From positions 1-33,439 of IMG/VR virus record IMGVR_UViG_3300032335_000208: a stretch of 33,439 bases of DNA; one strand, written 5' to 3'. Positions 25,208 through 33,439 of this stretch are shown one piece after another. Numbering within the stretch: position 1 is the stretch's first letter; each line of letters begins with the position of its first letter. Under the pieces are notes generated by a model. It was not told where the DNA came from and did no database searches. It saw only the letters and a program-made list of their open reading frames with translations. This stretch comes from a virus. Its lineage: Duplodnaviria; Caudoviricetes. The position numbers and the translations under genes are program-made.

Positions 25208-25594
25208 ATGATACATTTAATCAAAGGTCAAGTCAACAAAATTATATTAACATTAAGCGAGAAGGCAACTCTTACTTCGCCTAATTGGTTATTCTATTTT
25301 AAGTCAAGAAATACAAACGAAACGGTGGCATTCGTGATTTTAAACAATGCCGATTTATCTGCTTATAAGGAAAGATTTAATGCTTTTAATATAACGGTAA
25401 GTTCTTATTTTGCAACTAAATTACCTGGCGAATGGTCTTATCAGATTTATGAGCAAACTTCAACTTCTAATTTAATCCCATCGCAAGCGACTTCAATGGT
25501 TGAAAGTGGACAAGCGACATTAAACGATACAAGTCAATTCAGTTTTACAACATATAGCAACCAAACAAATACGTATAAAGTACGAGATATATGA
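25208..25594 (+). CDS. Hypothetical virion protein
   Basis: Beta-rich 128 aa; GEWSYQIYEQ; ATGA overlap with the portal. Confidence 0.65.
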   Translation: MIHLIKGQVNKIILTLSEKATLTSPNWLFYFKSRNTNETVAFVILNNADLSAYKERFNAFNITVSSYFATKLPGEWSYQIYEQTSTSNLIPSQATSMVESGQATLNDTSQFSFTTYSNQTNTYKVRDI

Positions 25595-27444
25595 GCAATC
25601 AATTAATGGTTTTAACTTTTGCGGAGGCAAGACAACCTGAATATCGGGAGAAGAAAGGCGAAGGCGAAGGATACATTGAGTTCGGGAAAAAGAATGATTA
25701 TCCTAATTACTTGGTCGATTTATTTAATAAGTCTGCCAAGCATAATGCGATAATTAAAGGTAAGGTCAACTACATAACTGGGAACGGCTTCAAAATCAAA
25801 GAGGGTACTGACCCTATTGGTGAACAATTCATCGCACAAGCTAACCGAGTGGAGTCGTTGACCGAAGTTTTAAGAAAGGCATCTATTGATATTGAATTAT
25901 TTGGAGGCGCTTACTTGCAAATTATATGGAGTGTAACGGGGGAAAATCTTGCTGAGGTTTATCACGTTGATTATACTAAGATTCGTACAAATGCTGATAA
26001 TACTCAGTTTTGGTTTTCGGAGAATTGGGAAGATAGGAAGTACAAAAGGGAGGTCTTTAACGGGTTTAATTCTCAGTTACGACAAGGCACTCAAATAATG
26101 TATTTAAAGGAGTATCGCCCTAACTTAAATGCTTATGCATTGCCAGGTTATTTCGGTGCTTTAAACTATGTTGAATCGGATATTGAAATATCTAAGCACG
26201 TTTTAGGTAATGCTCAAACTGGATTTAGTGCAAGCAAATTAATCACGTTACCAAATGGCGAGCCATCGGATGATGAGAAGCGCCAAATTGAGCGTAAGTT
26301 TACCGATAGATTTACGGGAAGTGATGGCAAGAAGTTTATACTTTCATTTGTAAATGATGCTTCAAGAAAGCCAGTCATTGAAGATTTAGGAGCAAGTGAT
26401 ATTACAAAAGAAGATTTTGGTAATGTAGATAAAATGATTCAGCAAAATATCTTTGCTGGGCATCAAATTACTGCTCCCGATTTATTCGGTATTTCAACTC
26501 CAGGTCAATTAGGAACTCGCCAACAAATGCGTGATTCTTATGAGATATTTAAAAATACTTATGTCAATGATAAGCAAATATTTCTTGAGCAAGTATTCAG
26601 TTTACTTGCCAAATTACACGGTGCTAATTCAGAACTCCAAATCGTACCAGTCGAGCCGATTGGCATAGAATTTAGCGAGTCAATTATTTTACAAGTTGCT
26701 CCTAAGCAATGGATACTTGAAAAGTTAGGTATTGATATGACTCAATATCAAGAAGCTGAAATAGTTCCTGAGGTAGCACCCGTAGAAATACAACAATCAA
26801 AAGTAGAATTTAGTGAGGATGAGGTAGTTAATTTATTTTCTGAATTTGGAGTTCCTAAAAATGATTATGTAATTTTTAAATCAAAAGAGGTTTTTAGTTC
26901 GGTCGTAAATGAAGAAGAAGAAAAATTTCATTTAGAATTTGCTGAGGAAGTATTATCGGGATTAGAATCTAATATGTTAGACTTAATCCAAAAAGATAAA
27001 AGAATAACTCCTGAAGTAATTGCTGGAACTCTTGGGGTAGACATTATTATTATTGGCAGAATTTTAGATGGATTAGAAAAACGAGGTATAATCGGAAGTT
27101 CAGTTTCGAGAGGAATTACGGAAAGAAAATTATCAAAGCCATTATCGGAATTAAATGCGCCAAAGCCAACAACTACAAGTTTTATGGTTAGGTATTCTTA
27201 TGAGTGGAGAAGCGATATCCCAAGTAGCGAAAGAGATACTCCAGCACATCCAAGCCGTGCTTTTTGTAGACGATTAATGCAGTTAGATAGGTTATATTCA
27301 AGAGCAGAAATTGAAACTATTTCAGCACGATTAGGATATAGCGTATTTGATAGGCGAGGCGGTTGGTGGACTAAGCCAAACGGTCAACATTCCCCAAGTT
27401 GTAGGCATATTTTCTATGCTCAGACAGTAATTAAGAAAGGATAA
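25591..27444 (+). CDS. Portal protein with C-terminal wHTH-like and MuF-like extension
   Basis: FGKKNDYP..L..S.KHNAII..K, YALPGY, KFTGS, IFAGH portal-type motifs; C-terminal SRAFC...GG...CRH. Confidence 0.8.
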   Translation: MSNQLMVLTFAEARQPEYREKKGEGEGYIEFGKKNDYPNYLVDLFNKSAKHNAIIKGKVNYITGNGFKIKEGTDPIGEQFIAQANRVESLTEVLRKASIDIELFGGAYLQIIWSVTGENLAEVYHVDYTKIRTNADNTQFWFSENWEDRKYKREVFNGFNSQLRQGTQIMYLKEYRPNLNAYALPGYFGALNYVESDIEISKHVLGNAQTGFSASKLITLPNGEPSDDEKRQIERKFTDRFTGSDGKKFILSFVNDASRKPVIEDLGASDITKEDFGNVDKMIQQNIFAGHQITAPDLFGISTPGQLGTRQQMRDSYEIFKNTYVNDKQIFLEQVFSLLAKLHGANSELQIVPVEPIGIEFSESIILQVAPKQWILEKLGIDMTQYQEAEIVPEVAPVEIQQSKVEFSEDEVVNLFSEFGVPKNDYVIFKSKEVFSSVVNEEEEKFHLEFAEEVLSGLESNMLDLIQKDKRITPEVIAGTLGVDIIIIGRILDGLEKRGIIGSSVSRGITERKLSKPLSELNAPKPTTTSFMVRYSYEWRSDIPSSERDTPAHPSRAFCRRLMQLDRLYSRAEIETISARLGYSVFDRRGGWWTKPNGQHSPSCRHIFYAQTVIKKG

Positions 27445-27445
27445 T

Positions 27446-28030
27446 ATGAAGAATACATTATTTATAGGAGCAAACGCAATCAAGGAAAGAACGGCAATTC
27501 ATTCTAATATTGATGACAAATTAATAATGCCTGAGATTAAAACGGCTCAGGATATGTATATCTTGCCAGCTTTAGGAACGGCTTTATATGTGAAGCTTCA
27601 AACGGGTATTGAAAATAATACTTTAAGCAACCTTGAAACGGCTTTATTAAATGACTATGTTACTGATGCGCTTGTTTACTACGTTTTATCTGAGTTACCA
27701 GTTGGCTTATCTTTTCAGTTTTACAACAAAGGTTTAGTTCGTAAGACTTCGGATAATAGCGACCAGCCTAATATGCAAGATTTAATCGATGTAGCTAATC
27801 GTTATCGTTCAAGAGCTGAATTTTATAAGCAAAGAATGATTAAGTATTTGCAAGAGGTAAGCACGACAAACTTATTCCCTGAATATATCAATCCTGGCAC
27901 GGGCATCGATACGATGTATCCTGAGAAAGATGGTTATCAGTCAAGCATATTTTTAGGCGATGAAAATAGTTTGTTTGGAATGAGTTATCCTCAACACGTT
28001 TTAAAGAGCAAAAAAAATTATAATTATTAA
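27446..28030 (+). CDS. Putative head-tail adaptor/connector
   Basis: After the portal; NIDDKLI..I..AQD.YI.P.LGT.LY pattern. Confidence 0.6.
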   Translation: MKNTLFIGANAIKERTAIHSNIDDKLIMPEIKTAQDMYILPALGTALYVKLQTGIENNTLSNLETALLNDYVTDALVYYVLSELPVGLSFQFYNKGLVRKTSDNSDQPNMQDLIDVANRYRSRAEFYKQRMIKYLQEVSTTNLFPEYINPGTGIDTMYPEKDGYQSSIFLGDENSLFGMSYPQHVLKSKKNYNY

Positions 28031-28089
28031 TATGCCAAAAGCATTCTCAACCAAAAACATAAACAAACTAATTGTTTATTTAACAACAA

Positions 28090-28548
28090 ATGGCAATAAA
28101 ACAACTGACATTAAATCAAACAATCAAGCTGATAAGGGATATTGCCCAAAGCCACGACCAAATTAATACGGTCTATTTTGGCGATGTGTGGGAGTTCCTT
28201 TCTCAGCCTGATAATGTTTACCCATCGATGTTTTATTCGTTGACTGGAAGCCAAATAAACGGCAAAGAATTGACTATGTCATTTAGTTTATTCTTTCTTG
28301 ATAGGCAACTACAAGATGAAACTAACGAAACGGAGGTTTTGTCTGACCAATTACTAATCTGCCAAGATATTATTTCGATGTGCAAGCATCCAAATTTTAA
28401 TTGGGAAATTGGCGAAGGAATTACCTTAGAATTTTTTACTGAAAACGAGAAAGATTATTTGGCTGGAGTTAAGGCTGATATATCAATTATTTATCCGATG
28501 CTTTCAAATAGGTGTCAAATACCAACCGACTTTACATATCCAAGTTAA
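28090..28548 (+). CDS. Putative tail terminator protein
   Basis: Acidic 152 aa; YPSMF, VLSDQLLICQDI, F.E....LAG; position after the adaptor. Confidence 0.5.
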   Translation: MAIKQLTLNQTIKLIRDIAQSHDQINTVYFGDVWEFLSQPDNVYPSMFYSLTGSQINGKELTMSFSLFFLDRQLQDETNETEVLSDQLLICQDIISMCKHPNFNWEIGEGITLEFFTENEKDYLAGVKADISIIYPMLSNRCQIPTDFTYPS

Positions 28549-28551
28549 GAA

Positions 28552-30675
28552 ATGGCAAATAAGAAAATAAACCAATTAGTCTCAAAGACTGCAATTTTAT
28601 CTACCGATATTTTTGGTATTGGTGATGCAACTACGGGGCAACTATTTAAAAAGACTATTGCTGAATTGCAAGCTGCGATTGGTGGAGCAGTAATTTCGGT
28701 AAACGGATTAGTTGGAACGGTTGTCTTAGATACGGATGACATTCAAGAACTTGCAACTCCAACAAATAAGTATTTTACCGATGCAAGAGCGAGAGGTGCT
28801 ATTAGCTTAACGGTTACGGGTAACTCAGGCGCATCTACTTACTCAAGCGGAACGGGTGTCTTAAATGTGCCTACTTACACGCTTGCTGGTCTTGGTGGAA
28901 TTAGTGCTACTTTCTTATCGGGAACTTCGGGCATTTCTTATAATTCAACGACGGGTGTTATTTCGTATTCGGGGACGGTTTATACCGATGCTTCAATTCG
29001 TGCTTTGTTAAGTGGCTCAACGGGTATCAGTTACAACTCGACTACGGGAGCAATTTCTTATAGTGGCACGGTTTATACTGATGCTTCAGTTAGGGCATTG
29101 ATTTCAATGACAACTACGGGAACGAGTGGCGCATCTACCTACAACAATACAACGGGAGTAATAAACGTACCAAATTACACTCTTGCTGGGTTAGGTGGTA
29201 TTTCTTTGACTTCATTAAGTGGAGGCACGGGAATTACTTATAATAACACTACGGGTGCGATTAGTTATTCAGGAACGGTTTACACAGATGCAAGTGTGCG
29301 AGCATTAATTTCAGCTGGAACGGGAATTAGTTATAATAACACAACTGGTGTAATTACATATTCAGGTACGGTTTATACTGATGCAAGCATAAGAGCATTA
29401 ATTTCCTTAACTACAACTGGAACTTCGGGGGCAAGTACTTATAATTCTACAACGGGTGTTTTAAATATTCCTCAATATCAGGCGGTTTTAACTAATCCAG
29501 TTACGGGTACGGGTACAAGTGGTCATGTAGCATATTGGAATGGAAGTGGTAGCATTGCTGGTTCTGCAAATCATTTTTGGGATAATACAAATGGGCGATT
29601 AGGAATTGGAACTTCTTCTCCAGGCGCTCCATTAAGTGTAGTTGGAAATTCAAGTGGTTATACTTTATATTCAATTGGTAGAAATAATGCAGATAATGCT
29701 TCAGTAATTTCATTTAGAAGTAATTCTGCTGCAACTGAATATGCTTGGATTGAAAGTGGGGTAAATAGTCAATTAGATTTTGGTACAAATGGAAATTACC
29801 GTATGCGTATCACTTCTGCTGGTAATGTTGGAATTGGAACAAGTACGGTAACTAGTTCAGCAGGGTGGACACCAACACTTGTACTTAATGCAACATCAGC
29901 TGCTTTAATTATTAAAGGAATTAATGGGCAAGAAAATAGCTTTGGTTCAAGTGATTCTTTATATATTGATTGCTTAGGTAGTTCAACAGCGTCAAACAAT
30001 AATATAATTTTTAGAACCAGTAATACTAATTCTAATTTTAGTGCTTCTGAACGTATGCGAATTACTTCTGCTGGTGCATTATCTATTGGTATGACAACTG
30101 CTCCTTATGGAAGAGTAAATATTAAATCAAATTCATCAACCGTTTATGCTGGATTTGGTATTTATGCGGCTGGCAATGAAAATTTTACATTATTAAATCA
30201 CGATGGTAATGTAGGTTGGATTGGTTGTGATTCGACTGCGACTGGTTTTGCAACTCCTTTAGCATTTTGGATAAATAGTGCCGAAAGAATGAGGATACAT
30301 AATAACGGGAATGTAACAATTGGAACTGCTTCAGACCCAGGATATAGGCTTTATGTTAATGGAGCAATTTACGCTACTTCAAATATTACTGCTAATTCTG
30401 ATATAAGGTTAAAAAAGAATTTAGAAATAATTAATAATCCTACGGATAAATTAATGGAATTAAATGGCTATTCATATCAATGGAAGTCAGATGATTCGCA
30501 TCAATATGGGGTAATTGCTCAAGAGGTTGAAAAAATACTTCCGTATGCCGTTAGTACTGGTAACGATGGTATTAAAGGAGTTTCTTACAATCAAATTATT
30601 CCCGTTTTAATCGAGGCAGTAAAAGAACAAAAAGCAAAGATTGAGAATTTAGAGATACTTTTAGCTTCTAAGTAA
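28552..30675 (+). CDS. Tail fibre with internal repeats and C-terminal intramolecular chaperone (peptidase S74)
   Basis: Repeats of GISYN.TTG.ISYSGTVYTDAS.RAL; ERMRITSAG.VGIGT repeats; SDIRLKKN...GVIAQEVE...YNQIIPVLIEAVKE. Confidence 0.88.
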   Translation: MANKKINQLVSKTAILSTDIFGIGDATTGQLFKKTIAELQAAIGGAVISVNGLVGTVVLDTDDIQELATPTNKYFTDARARGAISLTVTGNSGASTYSSGTGVLNVPTYTLAGLGGISATFLSGTSGISYNSTTGVISYSGTVYTDASIRALLSGSTGISYNSTTGAISYSGTVYTDASVRALISMTTTGTSGASTYNNTTGVINVPNYTLAGLGGISLTSLSGGTGITYNNTTGAISYSGTVYTDASVRALISAGTGISYNNTTGVITYSGTVYTDASIRALISLTTTGTSGASTYNSTTGVLNIPQYQAVLTNPVTGTGTSGHVAYWNGSGSIAGSANHFWDNTNGRLGIGTSSPGAPLSVVGNSSGYTLYSIGRNNADNASVISFRSNSAATEYAWIESGVNSQLDFGTNGNYRMRITSAGNVGIGTSTVTSSAGWTPTLVLNATSAALIIKGINGQENSFGSSDSLYIDCLGSSTASNNNIIFRTSNTNSNFSASERMRITSAGALSIGMTTAPYGRVNIKSNSSTVYAGFGIYAAGNENFTLLNHDGNVGWIGCDSTATGFATPLAFWINSAERMRIHNNGNVTIGTASDPGYRLYVNGAIYATSNITANSDIRLKKNLEIINNPTDKLMELNGYSYQWKSDDSHQYGVIAQEVEKILPYAVSTGNDGIKGVSYNQIIPVLIEAVKEQKAKIENLEILLASK
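28777..29480 (+). repeat. Coding tandem repeats in the tail fibre shaft
   Basis: Five YSGTVYTDAS units interleaved with three SGASTY...TGV.N.P.Y units. Confidence 0.75.
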
Positions 30676-32810
30676 TGCCATTACAAGCAGATGGAGAGAT
30701 GACCTTTACTCAGGTCTATAATGAGATAACTGGCGAATCGTTGGTCAATCCTACTATCTCCATTTCCGTTGCTGAACTTGGTCAACTTCAAAATTCAAGT
30801 GGGCAAACAATCCCATTAAATCAATTTTATACTCCAAGACCCGATGGCAATCTTCCAACGGTATTCCCGACTGAATGGTATCTTTATTGCCAAAGGTGTA
30901 ATGTCCCAGCGCCTTACATAACGATTTCAAAGACTGCGCCTACAAGTGTAAACTCAGGAGTTGAATTTGCTTATCGATTAACGATTGCAAACAATGGTCA
31001 AGTCAATTCCTCAGGAGATATAATAGTTCGGGATTACATTCCAAATGGATTATCTTTTGTAAGGTACGAAAGAGATACTCCAGCTTGGGGATTTAGCATA
31101 TCAGGACAACAAGTAACGGCTACCTTTACTTCTTCTTTGCCCGTAGGATTTGGGGCAGTAATAACGATATATGTTACTACCAATACTCAAGGAACTTACT
31201 CTAATTTTGCAAGCGTTGAAGGCGGAGGCGAAACAATAACTAAGACTTCAAATATTGTAAACACGGGAGTCGGTGGAGTTCCAACGTTTACAAGTTCGGT
31301 CACTAAACGATTAGTTCGGACAATTCAAAAGAATGATTGCGATGCTTATGGAATAGGCTCATTCCAAGAGGTTTATTCTCCTTTCTTTACGGCTACTTAC
31401 ACAAGTACAATAAGCCAAGCGGATGCGGATACAAATGCAAACAATCAGGCAACTGATTTATGTAACCAATGGTTAGATGCTAATGGACAAGCGGCAGCAA
31501 ATCAATCAGGCACTTGTCAATATGGCTATCCACAAATGACATTATCAAAGACAATGCCTGGCGCTTTTAATCTAAATCAATCGGGAGAAGTTGAGATTAT
31601 TATGCGAACTTTAGGCGCTGCGACTTCGGGGCAAATTACAATGTTTGATGACTTAGCAAGTGGCTTTGAATATGTGAGTTTAATTACTAAGCCTGATATT
31701 TTTGATTTAAATATTTATGGTAGGTCAGTAACTTTTACAACTAACGCTTCCTTGCCAGCTGGATACTTTGCTTCTTTTAAATTTTTAGTTCGGGGAATTA
31801 CGGTTGGCAATTACAATAACTTTGCTTCGGCTTATGGTGGTAGTATTTTAAACAATAATGCGACAAGTAATACGGTCTCAACTTATGTATTTAGTACTCC
31901 TATATTTTCATTTACAAGGGTAATAGATAACCAAACTTATTCTAATGGCAATAATTTAAATAATAATGCAGCGCCAACGGATTTAATTTATAATGGGACT
32001 ATTTTAACTATAAATAGTTTCCCAAGTACAAATGATTCAAAAGTAAGAATTGAGTTTGAATTACCTATTCCTTTTCGGGTTGTTGATGATGTACAAGTAA
32101 ATTATAATACTGATTACTTTACATTTTCTCAAGGCTCTGCTTTTAATATTGCGGTCTTTACTCAAAAAGATAATGTAACCGTTCCCGTTGGGCAATACGG
32201 ATTTTATATATTTTTTAGTTTACCAATTACATATTATCGTATGTCAACGGTAAGCCAAGATGAAAATTTAAGACCTGAAGATAATTTAATTATCGATGCA
32301 CTTAATATTACCGTTCCAAGAAAGCGAGTTACATTAAATAAAAATTATGTAAATAATAATTTGATTGAATCGGGAAACATTACGACTATATGGGCAAATA
32401 ATTATACGTTTTTACCAATATTTCAAACGACTAATAATCGTATTCCTAATGATGTTAATGGATTGACATATTCATTTTCAGTTAATAACCAGGCTAATTA
32501 TAGTCCGCAGTATTCAATGGGATTTATTAACCAACAATTCTTTGCAACTCAAGTAATTTATGTGGTAAATCCGCCAAGAGATACAACAAATGGTGCATTA
32601 AATACTTCTTACCCTTATCAAGATGCTACTAATTTTGGCATAAGAATTTATTATAGAATTTATTATCAAGGAAATTTGATAGTATCAAAAAGCGGAGATT
32701 ATAATCCCTATGATGGCATCACAATTAACCGAGCAAATAACGAGCCTAAATATAGAAATACAACATTTGAAATAGTTGTTAATTCAAATGGCACTTATTC
32801 ATTTTGGTAA
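30675..32810 (+). CDS. Adhesin-like virion protein with DUF11-like Ig domains and a DUF5977-like domain
   Basis: ITISKTAP...YRLTIANNG...VRDYIPNGLSFV and a second similar unit; KNDC...STISQADAD..A...GQAAAN..GTC. Confidence 0.7.
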   Translation: MPLQADGEMTFTQVYNEITGESLVNPTISISVAELGQLQNSSGQTIPLNQFYTPRPDGNLPTVFPTEWYLYCQRCNVPAPYITISKTAPTSVNSGVEFAYRLTIANNGQVNSSGDIIVRDYIPNGLSFVRYERDTPAWGFSISGQQVTATFTSSLPVGFGAVITIYVTTNTQGTYSNFASVEGGGETITKTSNIVNTGVGGVPTFTSSVTKRLVRTIQKNDCDAYGIGSFQEVYSPFFTATYTSTISQADADTNANNQATDLCNQWLDANGQAAANQSGTCQYGYPQMTLSKTMPGAFNLNQSGEVEIIMRTLGAATSGQITMFDDLASGFEYVSLITKPDIFDLNIYGRSVTFTTNASLPAGYFASFKFLVRGITVGNYNNFASAYGGSILNNNATSNTVSTYVFSTPIFSFTRVIDNQTYSNGNNLNNNAAPTDLIYNGTILTINSFPSTNDSKVRIEFELPIPFRVVDDVQVNYNTDYFTFSQGSAFNIAVFTQKDNVTVPVGQYGFYIFFSLPITYYRMSTVSQDENLRPEDNLIIDALNITVPRKRVTLNKNYVNNNLIESGNITTIWANNYTFLPIFQTTNNRIPNDVNGLTYSFSVNNQANYSPQYSMGFINQQFFATQVIYVVNPPRDTTNGALNTSYPYQDATNFGIRIYYRIYYQGNLIVSKSGDYNPYDGITINRANNEPKYRNTTFEIVVNSNGTYSFW

Positions 32811-32824
32811 AATTTTGGATAATA

Positions 32825-32834
32825 GCTATTTATG
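32825..32834 (+). promoter_or_regulatory. Putative late promoter motif GCTATTTATG
   Basis: Intergenic; upstream of the gene run that leads across the circle junction into the lysis genes. Confidence 0.45.
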
Positions 32835-32858
32835 ATTGTAAACTAAACAAAAAACCAA

Positions 32859-33128
32859 ATGAAATTAGATTTTAACTTTGACTTTATTGGTCTTGATGAC
32901 CAAGTATTTGAGGGTGGTAACGCTGGTAAAATGTTAGCTGGCGCATTAGCCTCCGCATCTAAAGGAGATGCACTTAAATTTTGGGATTGGGCAAAGAAAT
33001 TATTTAAAGGCGAGGTCTTAGATTTAGACAAGTCAGACCAAGAAACTTTAAAAGGATTTGTAAAAGATTCAGAGTCGTTTACCGTGTTAGCCAAAGCGCA
33101 GTTATTAGAGATATTTATAAAAGACTAA
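32859..33128 (+). CDS. Hypothetical protein
   Basis: 89 aa ORF with an A-rich leader. Confidence 0.7.
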   Translation: MKLDFNFDFIGLDDQVFEGGNAGKMLAGALASASKGDALKFWDWAKKLFKGEVLDLDKSDQETLKGFVKDSESFTVLAKAQLLEIFIKD

Positions 33129-33129
33129 T

Positions 33130-33435
33130 ATGATAGTATTTATCGAGCCAATTAAAGGATTAAGAGAAATAGCAGACCGAGTGGAAATCAAGGTTGTTAA
33201 TTACGCTCTTCAGAATCCTGAGCAAACTTTGTATTTTAAATTAATGAGCCAATTTAATCCGATGATTGAAGAAGGCAATCTAATAATCCCTGAGCCAATC
33301 GTGGCGCAATGGGGAGTCGATGATTCATTCATAGTTAAATGGGCTTTAGAAACATTAGGCTTAGAAGAAAAGAAAATAGTTCCTTTGGAGGAAACTTTAG
33401 AAGAAGAAGTTGCACCTGAAATTGAAGGCGAATAA
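33130..33435 (+). CDS. Hypothetical protein (possible tail fibre assembly)
   Basis: WGVDDSFIVKWALETLGL motif; TAATG coupling to the holin across the junction. Confidence 0.65.
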   Translation: MIVFIEPIKGLREIADRVEIKVVNYALQNPEQTLYFKLMSQFNPMIEEGNLIIPEPIVAQWGVDDSFIVKWALETLGLEEKKIVPLEETLEEEVAPEIEGE

Positions 33436-33439
33436 TGAA
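33317..33439. repeat. Terminal direct repeat, right copy
   Basis: Identical to 1-123. Confidence 0.95.

Noticed and set aside
28032-28166. 44-aa ORF MPKAFSTKNINKLIVYL between the adaptor and tail terminator genes
   Set aside because: Mostly overlaps the next gene and has no recognisable motif; it could be a coupling peptide but is not supportable
28777-29480. CRISPR array or diversity-generating retroelement repeats
   Set aside because: The repeats are in-frame coding units with synonymous divergence; no unique spacers, no adenine-specific variation and no reverse transcriptase gene
1-33439. Stop-codon reassignment
   Set aside because: Standard-code ORFs tile the genome densely with intact long genes, and no suppressor tRNA is seen

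Overview
The window is an apparently complete, circularly assembled ~33.3 kb tailed-phage genome: bases 1-123 are identical to 33317-33439. It looks siphovirus-like. A Bacteroidota host is inferred from TAnnTTTG promoters and A-rich leaders without Shine-Dalgarno sequences. All credible protein genes are on the + strand, in this order: lysis (holin, GH24 endolysin, unimolecular spanin), metallophosphoesterase, recombination/replication (ERF, SSB-like, replication initiator with internal iterons), small accessory cassettes, VRR-NUC nuclease, sigma-like factor, a glycosyltransferase/methyltransferase/ParB/Mom modification block, terminase, a permuted tail/head module, and two tail fibre/adhesin genes. 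I recognise no integrase, repressor or DNA polymerase. The top finding is a Mom-family adenine-modification gene whose 3' end overlaps, on the opposite strand, a non-canonical tRNA-Gly-like gene with its own host-type promoter. The RNA keeps glycyl-tRNA synthetase identity elements but has a defective anticodon loop and T-stem, suggesting a dedicated non-ribosomal glycyl donor for DNA hypermodification. Other leads are a promoter/terminator-bounded sRNA antisense to early-gene leaders, a kissing-loop leader before the replication gene, a late-promoter motif, a -1 frameshift, a portal-wHTH-MuF-like fusion, modular mini-gene cassettes and apparent ACAG/CTGT avoidance. All protein calls come from motif recognition by eye, not database searches.
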